Shown here in pieces: positions 17,114 to 25,721 of a stretch of 29,992 nt of DNA (position 1 is the first letter of the stretch; each line of letters begins with the position of its first letter). This DNA comes from Candidatus Velthaea sp. (GTDB lineage: Bacteria > Vulcanimicrobiota > Vulcanimicrobiia > Vulcanimicrobiales > Vulcanimicrobiaceae). The stretch covers positions 1-29,992 of the forward strand of contig JBEKHC010000064.1 of the NCBI GenBank assembly GCA_050012475.1. The letters run 5' to 3'. The notes beneath the pieces are model-generated. The model had not been told where the DNA came from, did not search any database, and was given only the letters and a program-made list of their open reading frames with translations. Both the position numbers and the translations under genes were made by a program.

Positions 17114-18598
17114 ATGAGCGTTGGGCGCGTCCTAAGTTCTCTTGCGATCGTCGCAGTCATCATCCTGATGGGCGGATTTCTGGGTCAAACTCGCTTCAGA
17201 GCCGCGTCGTACTTTCCTCAACCGGACTCGGCGGTGTGGTATTGCGCCGGCAAGGCGGTGAACGAGCGAGCCGATCCATATCTCGTCGAGCCGTTACGCT
17301 CGTGCGAAATACGCAACGATCCAAACTATCGGTACCCGTGGGTCGAGCCGGCTCCGCTCCCGGGTTACGCGCTGGCCGCTTTTGCTCTCATGGCGCGACT
17401 CCCATTTCCCCTGGCGCGCATCCTCTGGTTGTATCTCCTCATCGGTACGGTCGTCCTCACGGCCGTAGTCCTGGCCAAACTCACGCGTCTGCCGACACTG
17501 CTCACCCTTGTCTGCCTTGCAATGGTGGACGGCTATGTCAACCTCTTTTATGGAGAACTGCCGCCGGTCGTCGTCGCGGCGCTTGTCGCCGCTGCCGCGC
17601 TTGGTAACGCAAAGCGTTATACCGCCGCCGCCGTTGTCGCTGCCGTGACGATGATCGAGCCGCACATCGGGCTCCCGGCCTGCCTGTCGATGTTCGTCTG
17701 GTGGCCAAGGACGCGCGTGCCGTTTGTCGTCACCGGCGTGTTTCTTACCGCGATCAGCGTTGCGGCGATCGGCATCCCTGCGAACGTCGAGTATTTTCAA
17801 ACGATGCTTCCGCTTCAGGCAGCCGCGGAAATCGCAGCGCAAGATCAATTCAGCCTGACGCGCGTCCTCCACATTCTCGGCTTCTCGGATAAGGTTGCTT
17901 TAAGTGCCGGTACGGCGTCATATGTGCTGATGACCTTGCTCGGGATATCAGTCGCTCGACGCGTCGCCGCGTTCGTTGGTTCAGGCGCGTTGATCGCGCT
18001 GCTCCCGCCGGCAATGGCGTTGCTGGGCGGACCGTTCGTCCACGACCTGCAGTTAGCTGCTGCGATTCCGGCCACCCTCATGCTTGCTTCGTCGACCCGC
18101 TTGCCGCTGCTGCTTCGCGCCTTTCCCCTCATCGCGATCGGCTTTCCATGGCATCACTGGACGATCGGAAACCTTCACGCGCAAGCCGGTTTATTAGACA
18201 TCGGAGCCGTCGCTGCAGCGATGCTGATCGTGACGAACGCACAAACCGTTGCGGTCCGAACGGCCGCTGTGCTGGCGGGCGCGGTAGTGATTGTGATGAT
18301 TGGCTCCGCAATCAGGGCCGTCCCGCAACGTGCAGTTGGTCCGCCCACGGTTGTCGCGCCCGCCGCCACTGCGCCAGCGGACAGCAGCGCTGCGAATTGG
18401 GCGGCATTCATCTCACGGGACCGGGGCAGTTCCGTTCCTAACGCGCGCGACATCGCCGAAAAGATACCGGTTTGGCTGGGGCTGTTCTCGGTCGCGTGTA
18501 CCGGGGTTGTCTTGGCGCGAAGGCGGCATCGGCTCGACGACCTACCATCGGGCACGCCGCAGCCTGCCGTGATTGGGGTTTGCCGCGACACCGTCTGA
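17114..18598 (+). CDS. GT-C fold membrane glycosyltransferase, GT87/DUF2029-like
   Basis: D...WYCAGKAV...DPY, a proline-rich PAPLP loop, IEPH and HDL motifs, with about 10-12 TM segments. Confidence 0.65.
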   Translation: MSVGRVLSSLAIVAVIILMGGFLGQTRFRAASYFPQPDSAVWYCAGKAVNERADPYLVEPLRSCEIRNDPNYRYPWVEPAPLPGYALAAFALMARLPFPLARILWLYLLIGTVVLTAVVLAKLTRLPTLLTLVCLAMVDGYVNLFYGELPPVVVAALVAAAALGNAKRYTAAAVVAAVTMIEPHIGLPACLSMFVWWPRTRVPFVVTGVFLTAISVAAIGIPANVEYFQTMLPLQAAAEIAAQDQFSLTRVLHILGFSDKVALSAGTASYVLMTLLGISVARRVAAFVGSGALIALLPPAMALLGGPFVHDLQLAAAIPATLMLASSTRLPLLLRAFPLIAIGFPWHHWTIGNLHAQAGLLDIGAVAAAMLIVTNAQTVAVRTAAVLAGAVVIVMIGSAIRAVPQRAVGPPTVVAPAATAPADSSAANWAAFISRDRGSSVPNARDIAEKIPVWLGLFSVACTGVVLARRRHRLDDLPSGTPQPAVIGVCRDTV

Positions 18599-18628
18599 AC
18601 AGCTCTGGGGGTTCGTCCGCTGGGTTTC

Positions 18629-19441
18629 TCACGATCGCGCGAAGAGCGCGTTCATCTCGTCGTATTCGATCATGGGCTCGCGCATGAAACCGAAGCTTCC
18701 CTCGCGGTACAGTTCGCGCGCGATGTCGCGCAGCACGGCCATCGTGCGGCGCATCGGCCACGAACCGACGCTCACCCGCGACACGCCGATCCGTTCGAGG
18801 TCGGCGATCGGCGGCGTTGACGGCCCAGCTAAGACGTTGAGCGGCTTTTTTCGAAAGGTGCGCGCGATGTCACCGATCGTCTCCTCGTCCGCGATGCCGG
18901 GGACGAAGATGCCGTCGGCACCGGCAGCGAGATAGGCCGCCAGGCGCTCCTTGGTGCGCTCCAACCGTGATTCGGCGTCGCCGATCCCATCGAGAAAGAT
19001 GTCGGTCCGCGCGTTCAGGAACAGCGCGGGCGCCGCGCTCTTTGCCGCCGCGATGCGCTCGCATTGCTCGGCAATCGAATACAGTTCGCCTTTGAGGCGC
19101 GAATCCTCGAGATTGTAACCGGCTGCGCCGGTCGTCGCCAGGCGCGTGATGTTGCGGCCGAGTTTGGCGGTGTCGTCCTGCGCATAACCGGACTCGAAGT
19201 CGACGCTCACCGGGATTTCGACCACGGCCGTGATGCGCGAGATCGCCGCTAGATGTGCGCTCACGTCTAAGCAATCGCCGTCTTGAACACCGAGAGCGTT
19301 CGCGACTGCGGCACTCGACGTCGCGAGCGCCGGAAATCCCGTCACCTCGAAGATGCGCGCACTCGCTGGATCCCAGCAATTCGCCAACCGCAGTACCGGC
19401 GGTGCATGATGCAGCCGGCGAAAGATATCGGATCGCTTCAC
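18629..19441 (-). CDS. Isocitrate lyase / PEP mutase family protein
   Basis: NCWDPASA, ATSSAAVA, VSVDFESGY, NLED, NARTD and GADGIFVPG motifs. GTG at 19441 follows GGGGAG. Confidence 0.93.
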   Translation of the reverse strand: MKRSDIFRRLHHAPPVLRLANCWDPASARIFEVTGFPALATSSAAVANALGVQDGDCLDVSAHLAAISRITAVVEIPVSVDFESGYAQDDTAKLGRNITRLATTGAAGYNLEDSRLKGELYSIAEQCERIAAAKSAAPALFLNARTDIFLDGIGDAESRLERTKERLAAYLAAGADGIFVPGIADEETIGDIARTFRKKPLNVLAGPSTPPIADLERIGVSRVSVGSWPMRRTMAVLRDIARELYREGSFGFMREPMIEYDEMNALFARS

Positions 19442-19542
19442 GGTGTACTCCCCAGCAAATCGAATTCCAAGCATCTACAGCGTCCAACGCGCGAGGTTCC
19501 TGCTGTGCGTTCGAGACGATCGAGGCGGCCGGCGACGATGAA

Positions 19543-20511
19543 TCAGCGCGCGATCGCTTCGGCAAAGACGCGCGGGTCGGCGTTGCCGCCGCTCAATATC
19601 ACGCCGGCCCGCTTCGAGCGCACGTCGACTCGCCCGTAGAGCAGCGCCGCGAGGGCGCACGCGCCGCTGGGCTCAACGACGAGTTTGAGCCGTTCGAAGG
19701 CGAATTTCATCGCGCTGCGAATCTCGTCGTCGGTTACCGTGACGACGCCCGCACAGCGTGCGCGCACGATCGGCCAGGTCAGCGTTCCCGGCGATTGGGT
19801 TTGCTGGCCGTCGGCGATCGTTTGCGGGACCGGAATCGAAACGATCTCGCCGCGCTCCCACGACTGCACCCAATCGTCGCCGGCCGCCGGCTCGACGCCG
19901 TACACGGCGATGCCCGGCGCCAGCGCGGTCGCGGCCAGCGCGCTGCCGGACAGCAATCCGCCGCCGCCCAAGGGCACCAGCAACACATCGAGCGCACCGG
20001 TCTGTTCGATCAGTTCGAGCGCCGCGGTCCCCTGGCCGGCGATGATGAACGGATCGTCGAACGGCGGCACGACGGTCGCGCCGCGTTCGCGCGCGAGCGA
20101 CTCGGCGATCGCGGCGCGGTTCATCGTCGCGCGATCGTAGGTCACCACCTCGGCGCCGTAGCCGCGCGTCGCGGCGATTTTGGCCGGCGGCGCGTCAGAC
20201 GGCATCACGATCGTCGCGGCAACTCCGAGCAGACGGGCCGACAAAGCGACGCCTTGCGCGTGATTGCCGCTCGAGAAGGCGACGACTCCACCGCGCCGTT
20301 GATCTGCGTCGAGCCGCACGATACGGTTGTAGGCGCCGCGGAACTTGAACGCGCCCATGCGCTGCAGGTTCTCGCACTTCAAGAAGGCTTGCGAAGCGGT
20401 TCGCTCGTCGAGCGTTCGCGACGTCACGACCGGTGTTCGATGCGCGACCCCGCGGAGCTGCTCGGCGGCGGACTCGACGTCGGCAAAGCTAACCGCGTAC
20501 GTGCCGTGCAT
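19543..20511 (-). CDS. PLP-dependent threonine/serine dehydratase family (serine racemase / 3-hydroxyaspartate ammonia-lyase-like)
   Basis: KCENLQRMGAFKFRGA, SSGNHAQG, GQGT, PLGGGGL, VEPSG and LSGGN motifs. No ACT domain. Confidence 0.92.
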   Translation of the reverse strand: MHGTYAVSFADVESAAEQLRGVAHRTPVVTSRTLDERTASQAFLKCENLQRMGAFKFRGAYNRIVRLDADQRRGGVVAFSSGNHAQGVALSARLLGVAATIVMPSDAPPAKIAATRGYGAEVVTYDRATMNRAAIAESLARERGATVVPPFDDPFIIAGQGTAALELIEQTGALDVLLVPLGGGGLLSGSALAATALAPGIAVYGVEPAAGDDWVQSWERGEIVSIPVPQTIADGQQTQSPGTLTWPIVRARCAGVVTVTDDEIRSAMKFAFERLKLVVEPSGACALAALLYGRVDVRSKRAGVILSGGNADPRVFAEAIAR

Positions 20512-20529
20512 GCTGCCGCGCCACCGTAC

Positions 20530-20967
20530 TTACGGCGAAACCCGGTTGTACTCAAAGTGCACGATCTTGAGCTCGGGATCGACCTTCATCTTCTCGTGCA
20601 CCGTGCCTTTGTCGAAGGCAACGGTGAACTCGTGGATTTGATCGGGCGAACCGCTGGGCGTGGTTTCTTTGACCGTCTTGATTTTGCCCAGCGGCGCGAG
20701 CCGGTCGGCGGCGCGGCCGACGATCCCGCGGTTGATCATCGTGGCCGTCTCGGCGTTCTGGTACTTCTTGACCTCGTCGAGATTGTTGTTTTGCAGTGCG
20801 GCGGTCACGTTGTACGCCAGCTTCTCGAACTTGTTTTCGTGGTGCCCGAACATCAGCTTGAGCGCCTCGAACACCACCAGCACGACGACGAGCACGATGA
20901 GCAATTGGCGGCCGCGCGGATTGCTCGCCGTGGTGGTTCGGCGCGGTGAAATCGTCGGCATGCTCAT
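20530..20967 (-). CDS. Single-TM hypothetical protein, possible DUF3887/NTF2-like extracytoplasmic domain
   Basis: ATG overlaps the prfC stop (ATGA). One TM helix followed by a soluble domain, with typical codon usage. Confidence 0.7.
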   Translation of the reverse strand: MSMPTISPRRTTTASNPRGRQLLIVLVVVLVVFEALKLMFGHHENKFEKLAYNVTAALQNNNLDEVKKYQNAETATMINRGIVGRAADRLAPLGKIKTVKETTPSGSPDQIHEFTVAFDKGTVHEKMKVDPELKIVHFEYNRVSP

Positions 20968-22574
20968 GCCGGCGTCTCCGAAACGAGCGTACGCTGGGCG
21001 AACGGCTCGAAGATCAACGCCGGATTCCACTCCTGGGCCAGCCGTAAGCTCCAATCGCTCTCGAAGAGCGCCAACGCCTCCCCGTCCCAATCTTCGACGA
21101 TCTTGGCATTCGAGGGTATCGTCGCCCCGCCGACCGCCGCCGCGTCGCCGCGCACGCGCCGAGCCAATCCGTACGGCAGGGTCGTGAAGACGGTCTTGAC
21201 GTTGTATTCCGACTCCAGCCGGTACTTGACGACCTCGAACTGCAATTCGCCGACCGCGGCGAGGATCGGTTCGGTGCGGGTTTGTCCGTACGCATACATC
21301 ACTTGAATCGCGCCCTCTTCACGTAACTGAGCGATGCCTTTTTGAAACGACTTGTACGCTCCGGTGTCGATACTGCGCACGAGGGCGAAATGTTCCGGCT
21401 CGAAAGCCGGGATGCCGCCGAAGACGATGCCGGAGTCGGTGCACAGCGTGTCGCCGATGGCGAACGATCCCGGATTGGCCAGCCCCAAGACATCGCCGGC
21501 GAAGGCCTCGTCGACCGATTCGCGGTCGCTCGCGAAGAGTTTCATCGCGCGCGTCAAGCGCACGTCCTTGCCGCTGCGCATGTTCTTCACCGTCATGTCG
21601 CGCTCGAATTTGCCCGAGCAGACGCGCACGAAGGCGACGCGGTCGCGATGGCGCGGATCCATGTTGGCTTGAATCTTGAAGACGAAACCCGAGAAGCGTT
21701 CGTCGGTCGGCTCGATCGTTTCCGCCGCGACATCCACGTGCGCGGCCGGCGGCGGCCCCAACTCGACGAAGGCATCGAGGAAGAGTTCGACCCCGAAGTT
21801 GGTGACCGCGCTGCCGAAAAAGACCGGCGTCGCTTCGCCGCGCAGCATCGCGTTGCGATCGAAATCGGAACCCGCGCCTTCGAGCAGATCGAGCTGATCG
21901 AGAAACTCCCCGTACGTCGACTCGTCGGTCAGCGCTGCGATGCGCGGATCGCGAACGTCGGTGACCGAGACCGGAGCGCGCTTGGCGCCGTGCTCGGTGC
22001 GCTCGAACAAATGCACGTGTTTGGCCGTGCGATCGTAGACGCCGCGGAACGTCGGCCCGCTGCCCAGCGGCCAATTGATCGGGTAGGCCGCGATGCCCAG
22101 AACGTTTTCGAGTTCGTCGAGCAGCGCGAGCGGATCGAGGCTCGGGCGGTCCATCTTGTTGATGAACGTGAAAAGCGGGATGCGGCGCGCACGGCAGATC
22201 GCGAACAGCTTGCGCGTCTGCGGTTCGACGCCTTTGGCCGCGTCGAGCAGCATCACCGCGCTATCGGCGGCCAGCAGCGTGCGATAGGTATCCTCGCCGA
22301 AATCTTGGTGACCCGGCGTGTCGAGCAAGTTCATCGTATGGCCGTGATACGGGAACTGCAGGACCGTCGACGTGATCGAGATGCCGCGTTCGCGTTCGAG
22401 CTCCATCCAGTCCGACGTGGTCGCGCGCGCGCGGCGACGGGCCGCGACTTGGCCGGCGGTATTGATCGCCCCGCCGTACAGCAGCAGTTTCTCGGTGAGC
22501 GTCGTTTTGCCGGCGTCGGGGTGCGAGATGATCGCAAACGTCCGGCGCTTCGCGACTTCGGCGCCTAAATCCAT
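20964..22574 (-). CDS. prfC: Peptide chain release factor 3
   Basis: RRTFAIISHPDAGKTTLTEKLLL, SDWMELERERGISIT, DTPGH and FKIQANMDPRHRDR motifs. Confidence 0.98.
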   Translation of the reverse strand: MDLGAEVAKRRTFAIISHPDAGKTTLTEKLLLYGGAINTAGQVAARRRARATTSDWMELERERGISITSTVLQFPYHGHTMNLLDTPGHQDFGEDTYRTLLAADSAVMLLDAAKGVEPQTRKLFAICRARRIPLFTFINKMDRPSLDPLALLDELENVLGIAAYPINWPLGSGPTFRGVYDRTAKHVHLFERTEHGAKRAPVSVTDVRDPRIAALTDESTYGEFLDQLDLLEGAGSDFDRNAMLRGEATPVFFGSAVTNFGVELFLDAFVELGPPPAAHVDVAAETIEPTDERFSGFVFKIQANMDPRHRDRVAFVRVCSGKFERDMTVKNMRSGKDVRLTRAMKLFASDRESVDEAFAGDVLGLANPGSFAIGDTLCTDSGIVFGGIPAFEPEHFALVRSIDTGAYKSFQKGIAQLREEGAIQVMYAYGQTRTEPILAAVGELQFEVVKYRLESEYNVKTVFTTLPYGLARRVRGDAAAVGGATIPSNAKIVEDWDGEALALFESDWSLRLAQEWNPALIFEPFAQRTLVSETPA

Positions 22575-22628
22575 GACCGTGCTGCTTCGACAACCGGCGA
22601 AACTACACTTTGCGCACCGCAGCCCCGG

Positions 22629-23147
22629 TCAGTAGCGGCGAATCTCGGCCTGCGTTCCGTGGATGTACACCAGCGTGAAGCCGCCGGGTTCGCGGTACAA
22701 ATAGGCATCGGGCGGGACGCGCAGGCGGTCGGCTCCGCGCGCGATCCACAGTTCGCGCTCGCGCACGGTAATGGTGCAGTCGCCGGACAACACCACGGCG
22801 GGCGGACGCAGGCGTTCCGACGCCGGGGGAAATTTCGCGCGCAGCATCGCGACGCTGCCGCGCAGGCGTTCGCGCTCCCGAAAGCACGACGGCAGCGAAC
22901 TCATGACCCAACCGCCCGAGCCGCGGAACGGCGCCTGCGCCGTCCCGCCGTCCGAAGCGTCGGGCTGCTGGGCCGTCGGGGTCGGCGTGCCGCTTACTTT
23001 GGCGGAAATTTGCAGGTTCGGCGGACTGCCGCGATGGGCGAAAACCACGGCCCCGGCTGCGACGACGATCACCGTCGCCGCGAGCACGAACCGCCACAGC
23101 GGCGGCGGTTTGGGACTAAGCGGCGTCTTCCGCCTCGTCTTGGGCAC
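22629..23147 (-). CDS. Single-TM hypothetical protein
   Basis: Basic N-terminus, TM helix, P/T linker and a domain with two Cys. Start is GTG 23147 or TTG 23168, overlapping the GH130 gene end. Confidence 0.65.
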   Translation of the reverse strand: MPKTRRKTPLSPKPPPLWRFVLAATVIVVAAGAVVFAHRGSPPNLQISAKVSGTPTPTAQQPDASDGGTAQAPFRGSGGWVMSSLPSCFRERERLRGSVAMLRAKFPPASERLRPPAVVLSGDCTITVRERELWIARGADRLRVPPDAYLYREPGGFTLVYIHGTQAEIRRY

Positions 23148-24216
23148 AAACGCCGTACGCGGGAGCAAGCGCGCAGCGCGCGCGCCCGATCTTGGCGTCG
23201 GCCATGCCGTAGTAAAAGTCGAACGTACGGTCGGAACGCCGGTCGATCGCGGTCGGGAACACGACGTTGTTGACGATGCCCATCAACTCGTCGGCGCCTT
23301 CGGGCTTCATGATCGGCGCCGGCGAGCGATACGTCACGATGTGCGGCTGCTCGATGTCATGCACGACGATCCCCGCGCTGTACGTCATCTGATACGTTCC
23401 GCCCGCATCGATCGCGTCGACGCCGTGGAAGAGCGAAAACCAGCCTTCGTCGATGCGCACCGGCGGCGTGCCGCCGCCCGTTTTGATCCGGCCCCACGCG
23501 CCGTCGGGCGCCAGCACCATTGCGCTTTCGGACACCTTGAGCAAGTTGCGGATGTCGCTGTAGATCGGCGCCAGCGGAACGTACGCGATCCGCGTGCTCT
23601 CGCGATTTTCGGGCGGCAGATCGAGGATCGTGGGAATGGCCGCGCGGCCGTTCGCCGTCGACAAATGCAGCATCGGCCGGTGATAGAACGCGATGGACAA
23701 AACCCCGCTGGGCGAACGCACCGGTTCGGGGAAGAACGCGCCGTCCTTGTCGTCGCCGCACGGCAAGCCCGGCTGCGAGAAATCAGCCAGTCCCAGGCGC
23801 TCCCAACGCAGTCCGTCAGCAGAAAGAGCGATCGCGATCCGCGGACCGTCCAGGCCGAAAGCGGTGTACGCCATCACGTAGCGGTCGAGCGCAGCGATGA
23901 ACGTGACGCGCGCATCCTCGCAGCCCATGCCGCCGTGCCCGCTCGGACGCTTTTCGTACGCCGCGGACGGTTCGAGCGCAAAGCCGTCGCGCTCGAAATA
24001 CACCTCGTTGCCGCGCTCGAAACCGCGCACGAGGCCGACGCGCGACACGTTGCCGCTCGCAACGACGCGCGGATACAGCAGCAGGCCTCCGTCGCGCGTG
24101 CGCGCGCTGGCTGGGTTCAGAACTCCTTCGGCTTCGGCGGGAGAACCGTCGGGCGTCAGAACGACCCCCAATCGAGTCACGGTCGCATCGAACCGCTGGG
24201 CCAGTTGCGCGTTCAT
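23116..24216 (-). CDS. GH130 family glycoside phosphorylase/glycosidase (beta-mannoside-type)
   Basis: GVLNPA, GCEDARVT, DKDGAFFPE, NNVVFPT and YYGMADAKIG motifs. Confidence 0.88.
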   Translation of the reverse strand: MNAQLAQRFDATVTRLGVVLTPDGSPAEAEGVLNPASARTRDGGLLLYPRVVASGNVSRVGLVRGFERGNEVYFERDGFALEPSAAYEKRPSGHGGMGCEDARVTFIAALDRYVMAYTAFGLDGPRIAIALSADGLRWERLGLADFSQPGLPCGDDKDGAFFPEPVRSPSGVLSIAFYHRPMLHLSTANGRAAIPTILDLPPENRESTRIAYVPLAPIYSDIRNLLKVSESAMVLAPDGAWGRIKTGGGTPPVRIDEGWFSLFHGVDAIDAGGTYQMTYSAGIVVHDIEQPHIVTYRSPAPIMKPEGADELMGIVNNVVFPTAIDRRSDRTFDFYYGMADAKIGRARCALAPAYGVCAQDEAEDAA

Positions 24217-25187
24217 GTTCGTTGTGCCAATCCTACAATCAATTCGTGCGCGCTCAAGCCGGCGCGATGGGCAAGCTGGTCCAAATCGGTGCGTTCGTCG
24301 ATGAGGGCGTGTTCGCGGGCGGGGTCGTCGGCGAGCCGGGTGAGGTACTGCATGCCTACGGAGAGTATATCGTCGTCCCCCGCGAGTTCCTTAGGGTATC
24401 CGTCCCCATAGCCGCAACGTAAAACGGCCACCCCCCGATGCGCCGGAATGGTAATTTCTCCGTAACCCGCCCATCGAGCGGCCCCGCGCGGGTACCACTT
24501 GACGAGCGGCGCAACGAGCCGAATCGCGCACCTGGGCACGACACTTCCGCCAAGCCGGGCACCGAACAAGCCGGCGCCGATTCGCGTGCGATCGCCGCGC
24601 CGCGCCTCGGACGCCCAGGCGGTGCTCGCGCAATCCATTCCGAATTCGACCCCGGCGCTGCGAAACGCGTCGCCGGCCGATTGGAACGCGCGCATGATCT
24701 GTTCGCTGCGCCGGGGCGACGAGATGTGCGTCCACAGTTCGACGCGCAGATCCAAGTCCGCGCACAAAGCTGCGAAGGCCGGTGCCGCGCCGGCGTGAAT
24801 CCCCGCCCAACCCGCGGCGTCGACGACGCCGATCCGAATCGTCACCTTCCGACCCGCGGTCGCCGCAAACGCTCCGGCGGCCGCGACGGCTTCGGCCGTC
24901 GTTACGTTCGGAATCCCGCCGTTCGCGCACAGCGGCGCAATGCTCGCCGGGTCCGCTGCTTCTAACAAGCGAATGGGCCGCCGCGTGCGCATGCGCAAGG
25001 CCCAGAATTCGGCTTCGTCGGCAACGATGTAGCTCTCGACGAGATCGTCGATCTCGCGCGCAATGCGCGCGGCACCCCAACCGTAACCGTCGTTCTTCAC
25101 CACCGCGGCCACGGGCGAGCCCAACGCCGCGTAGGCGCGGACGTTGGCCCGCAGCACCGAACCGGCGAGCACGATCCGCGGACGCAC
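24213..25187 (-). CDS. Divergent alanine racemase family PLP enzyme
   Basis: AVVKNDGYGWG (PLP-Lys), WTH, RIGAGLFG, AGYG and GYGDGYP motifs. Shorter than a typical Alr. Confidence 0.82.
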   Translation of the reverse strand: MRPRIVLAGSVLRANVRAYAALGSPVAAVVKNDGYGWGAARIAREIDDLVESYIVADEAEFWALRMRTRRPIRLLEAADPASIAPLCANGGIPNVTTAEAVAAAGAFAATAGRKVTIRIGVVDAAGWAGIHAGAAPAFAALCADLDLRVELWTHISSPRRSEQIMRAFQSAGDAFRSAGVEFGMDCASTAWASEARRGDRTRIGAGLFGARLGGSVVPRCAIRLVAPLVKWYPRGAARWAGYGEITIPAHRGVAVLRCGYGDGYPKELAGDDDILSVGMQYLTRLADDPAREHALIDERTDLDQLAHRAGLSAHELIVGLAQRT

Positions 25188-25188
25188 G

Positions 25189-25620
25189 TCAGCGCAGCGT
25201 CGTCGACGTCACGAGTTCGCCCGACGGCGTGACGACGTCGACGATCGAACCGCTGCGGTACACCGAGTTGGGCACGATCCACAGCGTGAACGTGCGGTAC
25301 GGCGCGGACGGCTCGCCGCCGCCCAGCGGCCCGCGTTCGAATGCGACGATCCGGACCCGATCGCTGTTGGCGCGGATCGACTCGACGAGTTGCGTCCAAC
25401 CGGTTTCGCGATGCGGACCCATCAGCAAAAGGACGCCGAATTCCTTGTTGAAGCGAACCGGCGCGGTGATCCCGTACTGATGCAGCTCGCGGACATCGCG
25501 CAGCACGATGATCTGCGACGGCCCGGCCGACGCTGTCGTCCCAGTCTTGAACGTTTGAACGCGGACTTCTCGGCACCCGGTAAGCGCGATGAGCAAGAAG
25601 CAGAGTGCAAGAACGCGCAT
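25189..25620 (-). CDS. Lipoprotein with PrcB C-terminal-like domain
   Basis: Lipobox LTGC after MRVLALCFLLIA, then FNKEFGVLLLMGPHRETGW..LVESI...PY, similar to PrcB_C. Confidence 0.7.
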   Translation of the reverse strand: MRVLALCFLLIALTGCREVRVQTFKTGTTASAGPSQIIVLRDVRELHQYGITAPVRFNKEFGVLLLMGPHRETGWTQLVESIRANSDRVRIVAFERGPLGGGEPSAPYRTFTLWIVPNSVYRSGSIVDVVTPSGELVTSTTLR

Positions 25621-25641
25621 CGCGCGGCGTTTCGACAGTCC

Positions 25642-25683
25642 ACCGCAAGGATACCCTGGCAAACCGCGAGGAGACCCTCGCAA
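25642..25683. repeat. Tandem 21-bp direct repeat in a divergent promoter region
   Basis: ACCGCAAGGATACCCTGGCAA (25642-25662) and ACCGCGAGGAGACCCTCGCAA (25663-25683) are 18/21 identical, each with internal dyad symmetry. Confidence 0.75.
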
Positions 25684-25721
25684 GCCGACGGAAGTCGACA
25701 CAAGTCGCAGAGGAAACGCTC

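Noticed and set aside
19255..20949. 564-aa plus-strand ORF
   Set aside because: Antisense shadow of well-supported minus-strand genes. It is Arg-rich with no motifs, as expected in high-GC DNA.
22771..24411. 546-aa plus-strand ORF
   Set aside because: Antisense to the GH130 gene and its neighbours, with no recognisable domain.
25642..25704. Possible mini-CRISPR array
   Set aside because: The repeats are directly adjacent with no spacers, and no cas genes are in the window.
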